DNA of 9,899 nucleotides from Octopus sinensis (lineage: Eukaryota), in the NCBI RefSeq assembly GCF_006345805.1, contig NW_021827752.1, positions 1 to 9,899 on the forward strand, in the 5' to 3' direction. Numbering within the stretch: the stretch's first letter is position 1; the number at the start of each line of letters is the position of its first letter. The notes under the pieces are model-generated. The model worked only from the letters and a program-made list of their open reading frames with translations. It was not told the DNA's origin and made no database searches. Positions 1-8,460 of the stretch are shown here, piece after piece. The position numbers and the translations under genes are program-made.

Positions 1-160
1 GGAATGTTAAGTGGACAAACTGAGCATTTTCGACACCATTTGTATTTTGTATTAAATATAGCTGAGTGAACAGAAATATAGTTTAAATGTGGCTGCGTCA
101 TTAGAGCTTTGTCGTTACATGTTCAGATCCCGGTAAATTTCATTTCAGCTTTCAAAAATC

Positions 161-840
161 TGATGTCCATAAAATTGGTATCGATGTTCGCTTGATTCCA
201 CAAGAAAGTTGGTATTAATGTTGGTATAAGTGACTCTACAATAAATTTACTTTTGGTGTTAAGATAATTGACTCCACAATAATGTTGGTATTGATGATGG
301 TTTAACTGACTAAAGATTGTTTGTTTTTGGAAGTTGATATAATTGACTCCAGAATAATGTTTGAATTGATAATGATTTAATTGACTCTGCAACAACAATA
401 AAGTCGATACTGGTGCCGGTATACTTGATTCCTCAGTAAAGTTTGTATTAAGGTTGGTTTGATTCCACAGAGGAATTGGTATTGATGTCAATATAATTGA
501 CTCAACCATAAAGTTGATAGTAATGCTGGTTTAATTGACTTTACAAAAATATTGGTATTAGTATTGATTTGATTCCACGAATAATTTTGTACCGATGATA
601 ACCGATGTTAAAATTGGTATTGATGCTAATATTAATTGACTCAACAATAAAATTGATATTGATGACGGGTTAATTGACTCCACCATAAAACTGGTATTGA
701 TACTGGTTTATACTGACTCTAAAAGCACGTGGGTATTAATATTGATAATTGATAATTGATATGACTACGTTTAATTTGGTATTGGTGTTAGTTTAATTGA
801 CTCTACAATAAAGTTTGTATTGTTGGCTTAATTGACCGTA
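161..840. repeat. Degenerate minisatellite, about 18 units of mostly 38 bp (34-bp variant), approximate consensus TGACTCCACAATAAAGTTGGTATTGATGCTGGTTTAAT
   Basis: TGACT/TGATT anchors at 193, 231, 269, 307, 344, 382, 426, 460, 498, 536, 570, 637, 675, 714, 762, 798, 833; modal spacing 38 bp. Confidence 0.85.
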
Positions 841-1311
841 CGATTTGAGGAACAGAGCTCTGTTGTTTAGTCCAAGTGAATTCCATGACCATCTCGTCTC
901 GTTCGCGATTATCTGTAATTCCACTTTTGAATATAGCCCATCCTTCCCATTTTTCTAAGGCATTAGGGTATCTATGGTTTGAAGGATACTTGTTCAGTTG
1001 TTTTTCTTTGATCTCGTATCAACTCTTATCTAGTAAACCCATCACCAAAGGTGTTCACATGTAGCTATCCATTCATTTTTTTTCCTGTTATATGTTTTTT
1101 TTCATATCCAGTGTATTTCAGGTCCAATCATCCATTATTTCTATGTTGTTTTTTTTAAGACGGCAACATATGTAGGTATGATTTCAGAAGGATTTCGGCT
1201 CCCATTTCTGTTAAGTTAATTGGCCCTCGTCAACTTGCATCGTTGTCTCATAAAATGTTAGGTGAAGTTCGTTAAAACTACTGAAAGGGGAGATGTCGAG
1301 TATTTCACCTC

Positions 1312-1355
1312 ATATGATATGATATGATATATATATATATGATATATATGATATA
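1312..1355. repeat. (GATAT)n/(AT)n microsatellite
   Basis: atatgatatgatatgatatatatatatatgatatatatgatata read directly. Confidence 0.85.
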
Positions 1356-1611
1356 CACATTTGAGAGAGGGAGAGGTGGGGGAGAGGATAGAAAGAGTAG
1401 TGTAGTTAATGGAATGGACTAACGAGGCCATGAGTGTAATTAGAGAATCTATTAAAAGTAAAAATCTAATTAAATGATTACTGCTATTTCTGAAAGGTGT
1501 TTTATTGGCATCGAATAATTATGTATTAATTACCGACTGGAGTTTAGTTGCTAAGGCAAATGTCCCGCTAATGAAGACGGTGTATTTACATGTTAGTTAA
1601 CAATACTGCAC

Positions 1612-1728
1612 TTGCTGTTTCTGCCGTTACTACTGCCGTTACTGCTACTGCTGCTACTACTGCTACTGCTGCTGCATCTGCTGCTGCTGTTGCTACTGAA
1701 GGCTGCTGCTACCACTAATGTTATTGTT
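1612..1728. repeat. Compound degenerate trinucleotide repeat (CTG/CTA/TTG)n
   Basis: ctgccgttacta-ctgccgttactg-ctactgctgctactactgctactgctgctgc... Confidence 0.85.
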
Positions 1729-1734
1729 TATGCC

Positions 1735-2105
1735 CAATAAAGGTTCTAAACCAGCTAAAGATTTATGATCAAAGACTTATAAAAAGAAGGCCTTACAGCT
1801 GTTTCCGGGATATTTTATACATCCCTTCATCGGAGACGGTGTGAGAAAATGGTTAAGCAATAGTTAATTTAGATAAGATATGAAATAGAGAGTGAGGTGG
1901 AGGAATGAAAATAGATGTGAGATATGCAGGAATATTGCATCTGTAGATCCATTATTTAGGCAGAATGGTATACATATAAGATTCCAATATCTTGTAAGTT
2001 CCAATAGTATTTAAAATTGGTCGTTCCAAGTATGGAGGTTGTACACAGTGCTATTGAATCGAGGGTTTTATTTAAAGTGACCTAAAAGTAGGGAATGTAT
2101 TTGTA
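1735..2105 (-). mobile_element. Probable Penelope-like element pseudo-LTR/3'UTR remnant, family A; boundaries approximate
   Basis: Contains a PLE-type minimal hammerhead with palindromic stem III; lies between a trinucleotide microsatellite and a purine tract; no RT or GIY-YIG coding sequence recognised. Confidence 0.4.
1790..1837 (-). ncRNA. Minimal type I hammerhead ribozyme motif with C at core position 4
   Basis: Minus strand GUCU-CCGAUGA-A-GGGAUGU(AUAAA)AUAUCCC-G-GAAA-CAGCUG-UA/AGGC: stem I GUCU:AGGC, 7-bp stem II, palindromic ACAGCUGU stem III, GUA site cleaving between 1794 and 1793. Confidence 0.75.
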
Positions 2106-2115
2106 AGGTCAAATC

Positions 2116-2229
2116 GAAAACAGGAAGAGAGGAATAAAGTAAAGAAAAGAGAAAAAAGAAAAAGCAAAAAGAAAAAAGAAAAAAAGAAGAGCAAAGAGAG
2201 AGATAATAAAGAGATGAAGAGAGGGAAAG
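2116..2229 (+). repeat. Polypurine (A/G-rich) low-complexity tract
   Basis: gaaaacaggaagagagg...aaagaaaaaagaaaaaaagaagag...gagggaaag, very few pyrimidines. Confidence 0.8.
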
Positions 2230-2449
2230 TGTAGTAGTTAGTGGTCAGTCAAGATAAATTGATCGTAAGAATGGGGAGGTGAGGGTGAATAAACTTTTTT
2301 AGATATATATATACTTGCTGATATATAACCTACGTTGGACTTCTTATAGGCATAATCCCCGAACATGGAGCTTAACTATGGTCTATCCATACCACTTACT
2401 AAGCATTACTTGATACCATTACGTCTCATAACCTTTATATACATATATA

Positions 2450-2597
2450 CGTCGGGCTCCTTCCTGTTGCCGCCTACCACATCCACTGACAATGCTTTGG
2501 TCGGACCGAGGCTACAGTAGAAGGTTCCACGCTTTGGAACTGAACCCGGAACTATGCAGTTGGGGAGCAAGTCTTACCACACAGCATCTCCTGCGCC

Positions 2598-2598
<1 letters not shown>
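2450..2598 (-). mobile_element. 5' half (tRNA-derived head and body) of a SINE, same family as 4172-4717
   Basis: Minus strand AGGCGCAGGAGATGCTGTGTGGTAAG (A-box-like) ... GGGTTCAGTTCC (B-box-like) ... CTACTGTAGCCTCGGTCCGACCAAAGCATTGTCAGTGGATGTGGTAGGCGGCAACAGGAAGGAGCCCGACG aligns with 4191-4329, with an approximately 12-nt deletion. Confidence 0.8.
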
Positions 2599-2633
<35 letters not shown>

Positions 2634-2652
2634 ATATAATATATATATATAT
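2598..2652. repeat. (AT)n microsatellite between the SINE head and a PLE end
   Basis: Direct reading; two small interruptions. Confidence 0.95.
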
Positions 2653-3047
2653 AGTTTATTTAAAAGCAGCAGAAATTCAACTAAAACTGTTACTCGGGAG
2701 TTTCACGTTCCCGTTCTTCGGAGAGTTTTGTTAAAATAGAACCGATATGACAATTCTGTCACGACTAGTATAAACGCTACACCTTTAAAAATGGACTTGT
2801 TTGATTGGTCCTTTCAAATAACGGTCATATTCGAGCGATAAACAAAATTGAGCTCAATATAAAATATAAAAAATATATAAAATTATAAAAGTCGAGGAAA
2901 AAACCTTACATCGAATCTTTGGTTAAAATACATATTGTCATTAATAAAGAAAATATAATTAATACATAGAAATTTTTTTATTACTCTACCCCTGGTATTT
3001 GAGTACTCTTTTTTCCACCTTGTTTCACATTTATGTGATTACTCCGG
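2653..3047. mobile_element. PLE-like pseudo-LTR insertion, family B: minus-strand HHR-bearing arm plus an oppositely oriented 69-bp tail (2979-3047), inside (AT)n
   Basis: 2653-2708 is homologous to the reverse complement of 7854-7906; 2979-3047 matches the reverse complement of 7754-7822 at 66/69 nt; (TA)n on both sides. Confidence 0.7.
2683..2729 (-). ncRNA. Minimal type I hammerhead ribozyme motif with C at core position 4
   Basis: Minus strand AAAACUCU-CCGAAGA-ACG(GGAA)CGU-GAAA-CUC(CC)GAG-UA/ACAGUUUU: stem I 7 of 8 pairs, stem II with GNRA loop, stem III ACUC:GAGU, GUA site cleaving between 2691 and 2690. Confidence 0.8.
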
Positions 3048-3075
3048 TATATAGATATATATCTATATATATATA

Positions 3076-3112
<37 letters not shown>

Positions 3113-3121
3113 ATATATATA

Positions 3122-3152
<31 letters not shown>

Positions 3153-3202
3153 ATAAATGTATAGACATTATATATGTGTGTATGTATATATATGTGTGTA
3201 TA
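3048..3202. repeat. Interrupted (AT)n grading into (TA/TG)n
   Basis: Direct reading. Confidence 0.9.
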
Positions 3203-3398
3203 TTTCATCATGCTAAACCGTTAGTACCTAAACATTTCGTTCTCGCTCCGTTTTTTCGTTTTCTCTTCATTTTTTGTCTTGTCATCTCCTTCACTTGAAG
3301 AGCGTAGGATTGAAACGTCAAAGACTTTTGTATTATTCCCGAACGTCAAACACAAGTGCTTGTTGTTCTCTCATTTGTCTTCGCCTGTAAATTTGAAA
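3203..3398 (+). mobile_element. Possible PLE-like pseudo-LTR remnant, family C, with decayed hammerhead (3286-3325)
   Basis: TTGA-A-GAGC(GTAG)GATT-GAAAC-GTC-AAAGAC motif within a ~200-bp non-repetitive island bounded by (TA/TG)n and (CA)n. Confidence 0.4.
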
Positions 3399-3399
3399 T

Positions 3400-3441
3400 A
3401 CACACACACGCACACACGCACACACTCACACACATACTTAC
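3400..3441. repeat. Imperfect (AC)n microsatellite
   Basis: acacacacacgcacacacgcacacactcacacacatacttacac. Confidence 0.9.
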
Positions 3442-3648
3442 ACAGGCAGATCTGGAGCTAACCTGGAATATAGAGTACCTGCCGGTGGAGGAAAGACATA
3501 ATGTTCCACAAATGCACTAATAATAAAAGTTTGCGATTTAGAAAGTAAGTTTGCGGAAGCAATAACTGGTAACTGAACGTGGTCAAAATCATCGACCATA
3601 CGATCTCAAGAGCCTCTTCAAGAAGCTTGGAAGTAAAGAGAGCCTGAT

Positions 3649-3685
3649 GGAGAGAGAGGAGAGAGAGAGGAGGAGGAGAGAGAGA
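3649..3685. repeat. (GA)n/(GGA)n microsatellite
   Basis: ggagagagaggagagagagaggaggaggagagagaga. Confidence 0.9.
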
Positions 3686-4171
3686 CAAAAGGAAAGAGAA
3701 ATACAGGTGAGATTACAGTTGCGAACGTTAAAGATATAAATTAATAAAGATGAGGTTGAGACAGTACAAGGCAACAGTGACTCCATTGCAAAGTAGACAT
3801 CAAAACGAAAGAACCAAAGAAATCAGGCAAAGAGAGACATTACGACTTGGCAATGGCAGTTTTCTACAATGAAATCGAAGAATGGAAGATCTGAGACAAT
3901 AAGGCGTTGAAAGAATAGAAAATTGAATAAAAGGAAGAATGAGATTCACAGCAAGCAGATCAAAGTATAAGAAGCGACGGAAGAATGCAAAAATAATGGA
4001 GGAGGTGGGTTGATAAAGGAGATACGGTAATGCTGAGATAATGAGGGCAAGGGCGATGATATAGAATGTGCTACATAATTAATTTAATATTTACTAAGAC
4101 AAATACTGAACAACATTTTGTTCCACAAAATCTGTACCTAAAATTTTGTGAAGTAAAACAATAGTTTACTC

Positions 4172-4325
4172 AGAAAGCCGGCGTTGATTTAAACTTGTTT
4201 CCCAACCGTAAGGTCTTGAGTTCAATTCAACTACGCAACCCCTTGGATAAGTGTCTACTACTACAGTCTCGGGCTGACCAAGACCTTGTGGCTGGATTCG
4301 TTTGATGGAAACTGAAATAAACTCG

Positions 4326-4362
<37 letters not shown>

Positions 4363-4717
4363 TACACACACACACGTCTTAGCACATCCAGCATAACTTG
4401 GATACGTTATTTATAAGGCTATTTCTGTTGCTAATAGCTAATATATACCCGCGTGTCTGTGTCTGTCTGTGCGTGTATATGTATGTATGCTCGTGTGTGC
4501 CTGTGTGTATCTGTGTGTATGTGTGTCCCACCGCCGCTTGACAAGTAGTGTTGGTTGGTTTACGTCCCCGTAACAGAGCGGTTCGGCAAAAAAAAAACAC
4601 CTATAGATTGAGTACGAGTCTTTAATAAGTTCTGAGAACGATTTGTTTCTCTCTGAACCGTTCATCGTCGCAGTCCAAAGACTAAAGCAAGTATAAAAGC
4701 TAACAGACAAAAGATAA
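4172..4717 (+). mobile_element. Near full-length tRNA-headed SINE with central microsatellite; octopus-type from recollection
   Basis: Decayed head with B-box-like GAGTTCAATTC (4218-4228); body homologous to the reverse complement of 2450-2598; central (CA)n 4330-4375 and (TG)-rich 4451-4526; 3' part GCTTGACAA...GTTTACGTCCCCGTAACAGAGCGGTTCGGCAAAA...CGCAGTCCAAAGACTAAAGCAAGTA matches my recollection of the abundant octopus SINE 3' domain; 5' boundary approximate. Confidence 0.75.
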
Positions 4718-5246
4718 TGGTTAAGTCTGGATCTATCAACGATAATGGCTCCCGAAACATCTGAAACATGTTATCGAACCAACCAGATCATTCTCAACTG
4801 TTAGGACACCATTAGAACTTAAACTCGTTCCTCTTATTTGCTTCAGTGGTTGATGAAATAACTGTGTTACATGACCGAAGTACCTTTCGCTTTCGAGTAT
4901 CAGTAAACGTATTTACGGTAATTCTTTTGTATCCAGCAGAAAACCAAAGACAATATTTCGCCAATTCAACAAGCGCTAACGAGACTAAACGTAATCGACC
5001 ACCTAATGTAGGAGGTTTCTGTCAAATTATAGACTATTTCAAATAGAGTTATTAGAGAAAATAATATTTACGCAATGGCGTACATAATTAGATGAGATGT
5101 CGAGGAAGATATGAGGCATGCGCACAACAGGAAAGTAGACAAACACCGATAGCAGTTATGGTCGTTACAAGACATCATGAAAGGATTTAATAAAATATCA
5201 ATTCTATAAGCTGTTATATTCATGTCAGGTGTCAGTAAATATATAG

Positions 5247-5575
5247 ATGTTTGTGCATGTATATGTGTGTATAAGTCTCTATCTCTCTCTCCCTCCCTCT
5301 CGCTCTCTCTCTATGCATATATATATATATATATATACAGATACACACACACATACACATATATATGAATATTTATATGAAATATTTTACATATATATAC
5401 ACATATATATTTACATACATATATATATAAATACATACATACATGCATGCATATATATATATATATATATATAGATAATATATATATATATGTATATATA
5501 TAATATAGTATATATAATACATGCATACATACACCCACAACATATATGTACAGTTTTAAAGGGAAATATGACATA
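5247..5575. repeat. Compound microsatellite block (CT)n-(AT)n-(AC)n-(ATAC)n
   Basis: Direct reading; source of several spurious YI/HT-rich ORFs. Confidence 0.9.
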
Positions 5576-5635
5576 TATGATTGTGAATAAACAAGCTTTG
5601 TGGATGTACAATACTCCATCATTAATTCAGCGGCT

Positions 5636-5663
5636 TATCTATCTATCTATCTATCTATCTATA

Positions 5664-5716
<53 letters not shown>
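5636..5716. repeat. (TATC)n (GATA-type) tetranucleotide microsatellite, about 20 units, followed by (TAGC)3
   Basis: Near-perfect array with one ATAT interruption at about 5661. Confidence 0.95.
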
Positions 5717-5736
5717 GTCTAACTAGCTAGCTAGCT

Positions 5737-6005
5737 ATATGTTTTGCATGTGTGTGTGTATATGATATATATATATATATATATATAATATATATATATA
5801 TATATCTATATATATATATATATATATAATATATATATGTATGCAGGTGTGTATGTATATGAAGGCGTATATGAGTTACAGGTATACGAAACCATGCCAA
5901 AGCATCGCTGCAGGTCAGTCAAGGAAACATTAGAAGAATAAACTATTATTTCTAGAGAGATATATAATTAAATATATATGTATGTGTATATATATATATA
6001 TTATA

Positions 6006-6050
<45 letters not shown>

Positions 6051-6260
6051 TATACGTACATATATTCATATACGTATATATATATATATATATACATATA
6101 TTTATTTATTTATAAATATATATAATTTATATATGACATATGCAGGTATATTTATATATATACATATATATATAATCTTCAAAGCATGCATACAAATATG
6201 CACACGCACACACACACCATACGTACACACAGTCATACACATACTCACAACACACCTATA
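5737..6260. repeat. (AT)n-dominated compound microsatellite region with a short unique interruption (~5860-5960); includes an 18-bp-period duplication of TATATTCATATACGTA (6043-6058, 6061-6076)
   Basis: Direct reading. Confidence 0.85.
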
Positions 6261-6492
6261 GACATGAATAAAGATGTCTGGATGATGTGTTTTTCGTTGT
6301 ATATTTTTGTATATTCATTTTTACTCTGTCATATGTAGAATTTTGAAGCTGACACGAAGTACCTTGTTAGATTTGATATAATTATACATTAAACTCTACT
6401 CAAAATGCAGTTCTGTATTAATCATAACTGTAATTATATACAGTATACAGTAGTGAAGCTTTCAGAACGTCTCTACATTTCTCATTTTCGAC

Positions 6493-7027
6493 ATACCCCA
6501 CCACACACATATATAAACACATACACACACTCATACGCACGCACACACAAGCGCACATACACGCACAAATGCAAAGAAGCAAGTATGAAGGAAGATACGC
6601 ACTCAGATATAACACGCATTAAGACATCTAGTTGTATTGTGTAACGTATGACTACATGCGTATGGCTGATTGTGTGTGTATCTATCTGTGAATCTATATA
6701 TATATATATATATATATGTGTATGTATGTATAATGTATATGTGTTTGTGTATGTCAGTGTATGTTTGTGCACATATTTAAAAGCATATATAAATATCTAT
6801 ATATATATATATATACATATATACAAACACATACACACACACACACACATATATATATACATATATACATGCATATAATGATATATATGTTACGTATTGT
6901 ATATGTGTAATTTACACGAAAGAAACCTATGCATATACATACATAAGAATAAAAATACATATGCATATATATAATATATATAATATATATATATATGTGT
7001 GTGTGTGGGTGTGTGTGTGTATATTAT

Positions 7028-7058
<31 letters not shown>

Positions 7059-7235
7059 TACATATATATATATACGTATTCATACATACCTTACACACAC
7101 ACACACACATATATACACACATATATATATATATGCACACGTACATTTAAAGCTACGGTTTTTCTAAAAACGCACACTTAAAACCAACGCCAACACACAT
7201 ACAGACAAACACATAAACACACATAGACACACAAA
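6493..7235. repeat. Alternating (AC)/(GT)/(AT) compound microsatellite region
   Basis: AC block ~6493-6570, GT ~6670-6770, AC ~6825-6850, GT ~6995-7020, AC ~7093-7140, separated by AT runs. Confidence 0.85.
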
Positions 7236-7380
7236 GAAAACGTTTCTGCAATGTTCTCTAAAAGTCTTAATGAAGCCAATACGTTATCAAATTAAACGGT
7301 AATCACCGATAATACTTTGCTGATAAAATATAGTAAAGGCGCCAACAGTTTTGTTTAATTATTTCGTTATTGAATCATTT

Positions 7381-7517
7381 CGACACCATCTCGGCCTCCG
7401 CCGCCGTCGTCACCGCCACCACCTGCGCAACCATTATCCCTCCCGTCACTGCTTATGTCGGCATCATTTCTGCCACCGCCACCATTTGCCGTCGTTACCG
7501 CCATTGCCGCCATCATT
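7381..7517. repeat. GC-rich decayed trinucleotide repeat (GCC/ACC/GTC/ATC)n
   Basis: gcc tcc gcc gcc gtc gtc acc gcc acc acc ... gcc acc gcc acc att ... gcc att gcc gcc atc att; strong period 3. Confidence 0.7.
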
Positions 7518-7581
7518 ACTAGCGCTCGTCACTGGAGTCAAACATTTTGTTTCTATTTATTCGCCGTGGTTTTTCACCTGA

Positions 7582-7720
7582 TACACTCACACACACGCAC
7601 GCACACACACACACACACACATGCGCACACACATACATACACACACACAAGCACACGCACACAGACACGCACACGCACATACATATACATACACACATAC
7701 ATGCATATAAAATATATATA

Positions 7721-7753
<33 letters not shown>
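7582..7753. repeat. (AC)n/(GCAC)n grading into (AT)n
   Basis: Direct reading. Confidence 0.9.
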
Positions 7754-7906
7754 CCGGAGTAAACACATAAATGTGAAACAAGGTGGAAAAAAGAGTACTC
7801 AAATACTAGTGGTAGAGTAATATGCTTTATTTAAAGCAGCTACTCTGAGTTTCACGTGAAACTCAGAGTAACAGGTTTGTTGAATTTTCTGCTGCTTTAA
7901 ATAAAG
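7754..7906. mobile_element. Head-to-head foldback of a family-B PLE-like pseudo-LTR end containing two half-hammerheads
   Basis: Perfect 30-bp palindrome 7841-7870; 16-bp inverted repeat 7825-7840/7891-7906; homologous to both ends of 2653-3047; (TA)n on both flanks. Confidence 0.75.
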
Positions 7907-8027
7907 TATATATATTATAATAAATAATATATATATAATATACATACATACATCTGTATGAATATGTTGGTGTGACTTTGTGTGTGTGTGTGCGTGTGTG
8001 TGCGTGTGTGTGTGTGCGTGTGTGTGT
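7907..8027. repeat. AT-rich run followed by (GT)n/(GTGC) microsatellite (7978-8027)
   Basis: Direct reading. Confidence 0.9.
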
Positions 8028-8134
8028 TATTGCCTGCTTTGCACTTACAATATTCTTTTAGTTGCAGCCATATGCAATTCTAAGATGGAGAATGATTGCG
8101 TTGTGTGAAAAAAGTGTGCGGAAGTGACTATTAC

Positions 8135-8387
8135 ACACTGCACACACACATACACAAGACACACACACACACATTACATATATTACAAGCAATTTATAAT
8201 ACATAGTTAACACGAGATATTTAATCGAACAATATTATATATATATATTATATATATATATCCATGCATGCATTCATGTGTGTATCTTACATACATACAT
8301 AACATATATATATACTATATAATATATATATTATATATATACATGTATGCGTTCATGTGTATATATACATACATACATATATATATA

Positions 8388-8431
<44 letters not shown>

Positions 8432-8460
8432 ATATATATAATATATATATATAATATATA
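8135..8460. repeat. (AC)n and interrupted (AT)n compound microsatellites
   Basis: Direct reading. Confidence 0.85.

Noticed and set aside
123-509. 128-aa minus-strand ORF with internal repeats
   Set aside because: Mostly inside the 38-bp minisatellite; the unit length is not a multiple of 3 and the peptide repeats simply reflect cycling through frames
161-840. CRISPR-like periodicity
   Set aside because: No invariant repeat alternating with unique spacers, whole units are mutually similar, no cas genes, eukaryotic context
1122-1175. 54-bp candidate exon (pyrimidine tract, TTTCAG acceptor, AG/GTATGA donor)
   Set aside because: Contains a poly-T run, only one frame is open and its peptide is unrecognisable; such sites arise by chance; needs RNA-seq
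2530-2598. tRNA gene
   Set aside because: A/B-box-like motifs belong to a SINE head; no complete cloverleaf and it runs directly into SINE body
2492-2739. ORFs of 80 and 61 aa
   Set aside because: Read through antisense SINE head, (AT)n and PLE end
3700-4160. Purine-rich stretch as decayed LINE ORF
   Set aside because: The plus-strand frames I translated had frequent stops and no recognisable motif
4740-4775. Hammerhead-like GAAACATGTT flanked by CGAT/ATCG
   Set aside because: No CUGANGA or CCGANGA core in the required position and no stable stem II
7351-7581. His/Arg-rich 76-aa ORF resembling a metal-binding peptide
   Set aside because: Explained by a decayed trinucleotide repeat; TTG start, frame slip and no exon support
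4995-7802. Numerous YI-, HT-, CV- and YLSI-rich ORFs
   Set aside because: Direct translations of stop-free di- and tetranucleotide microsatellites
7852-7857. E-box CACGTG at the centre of the palindrome
   Set aside because: By-product of the inversion junction at ACGT; no evidence of a regulatory role
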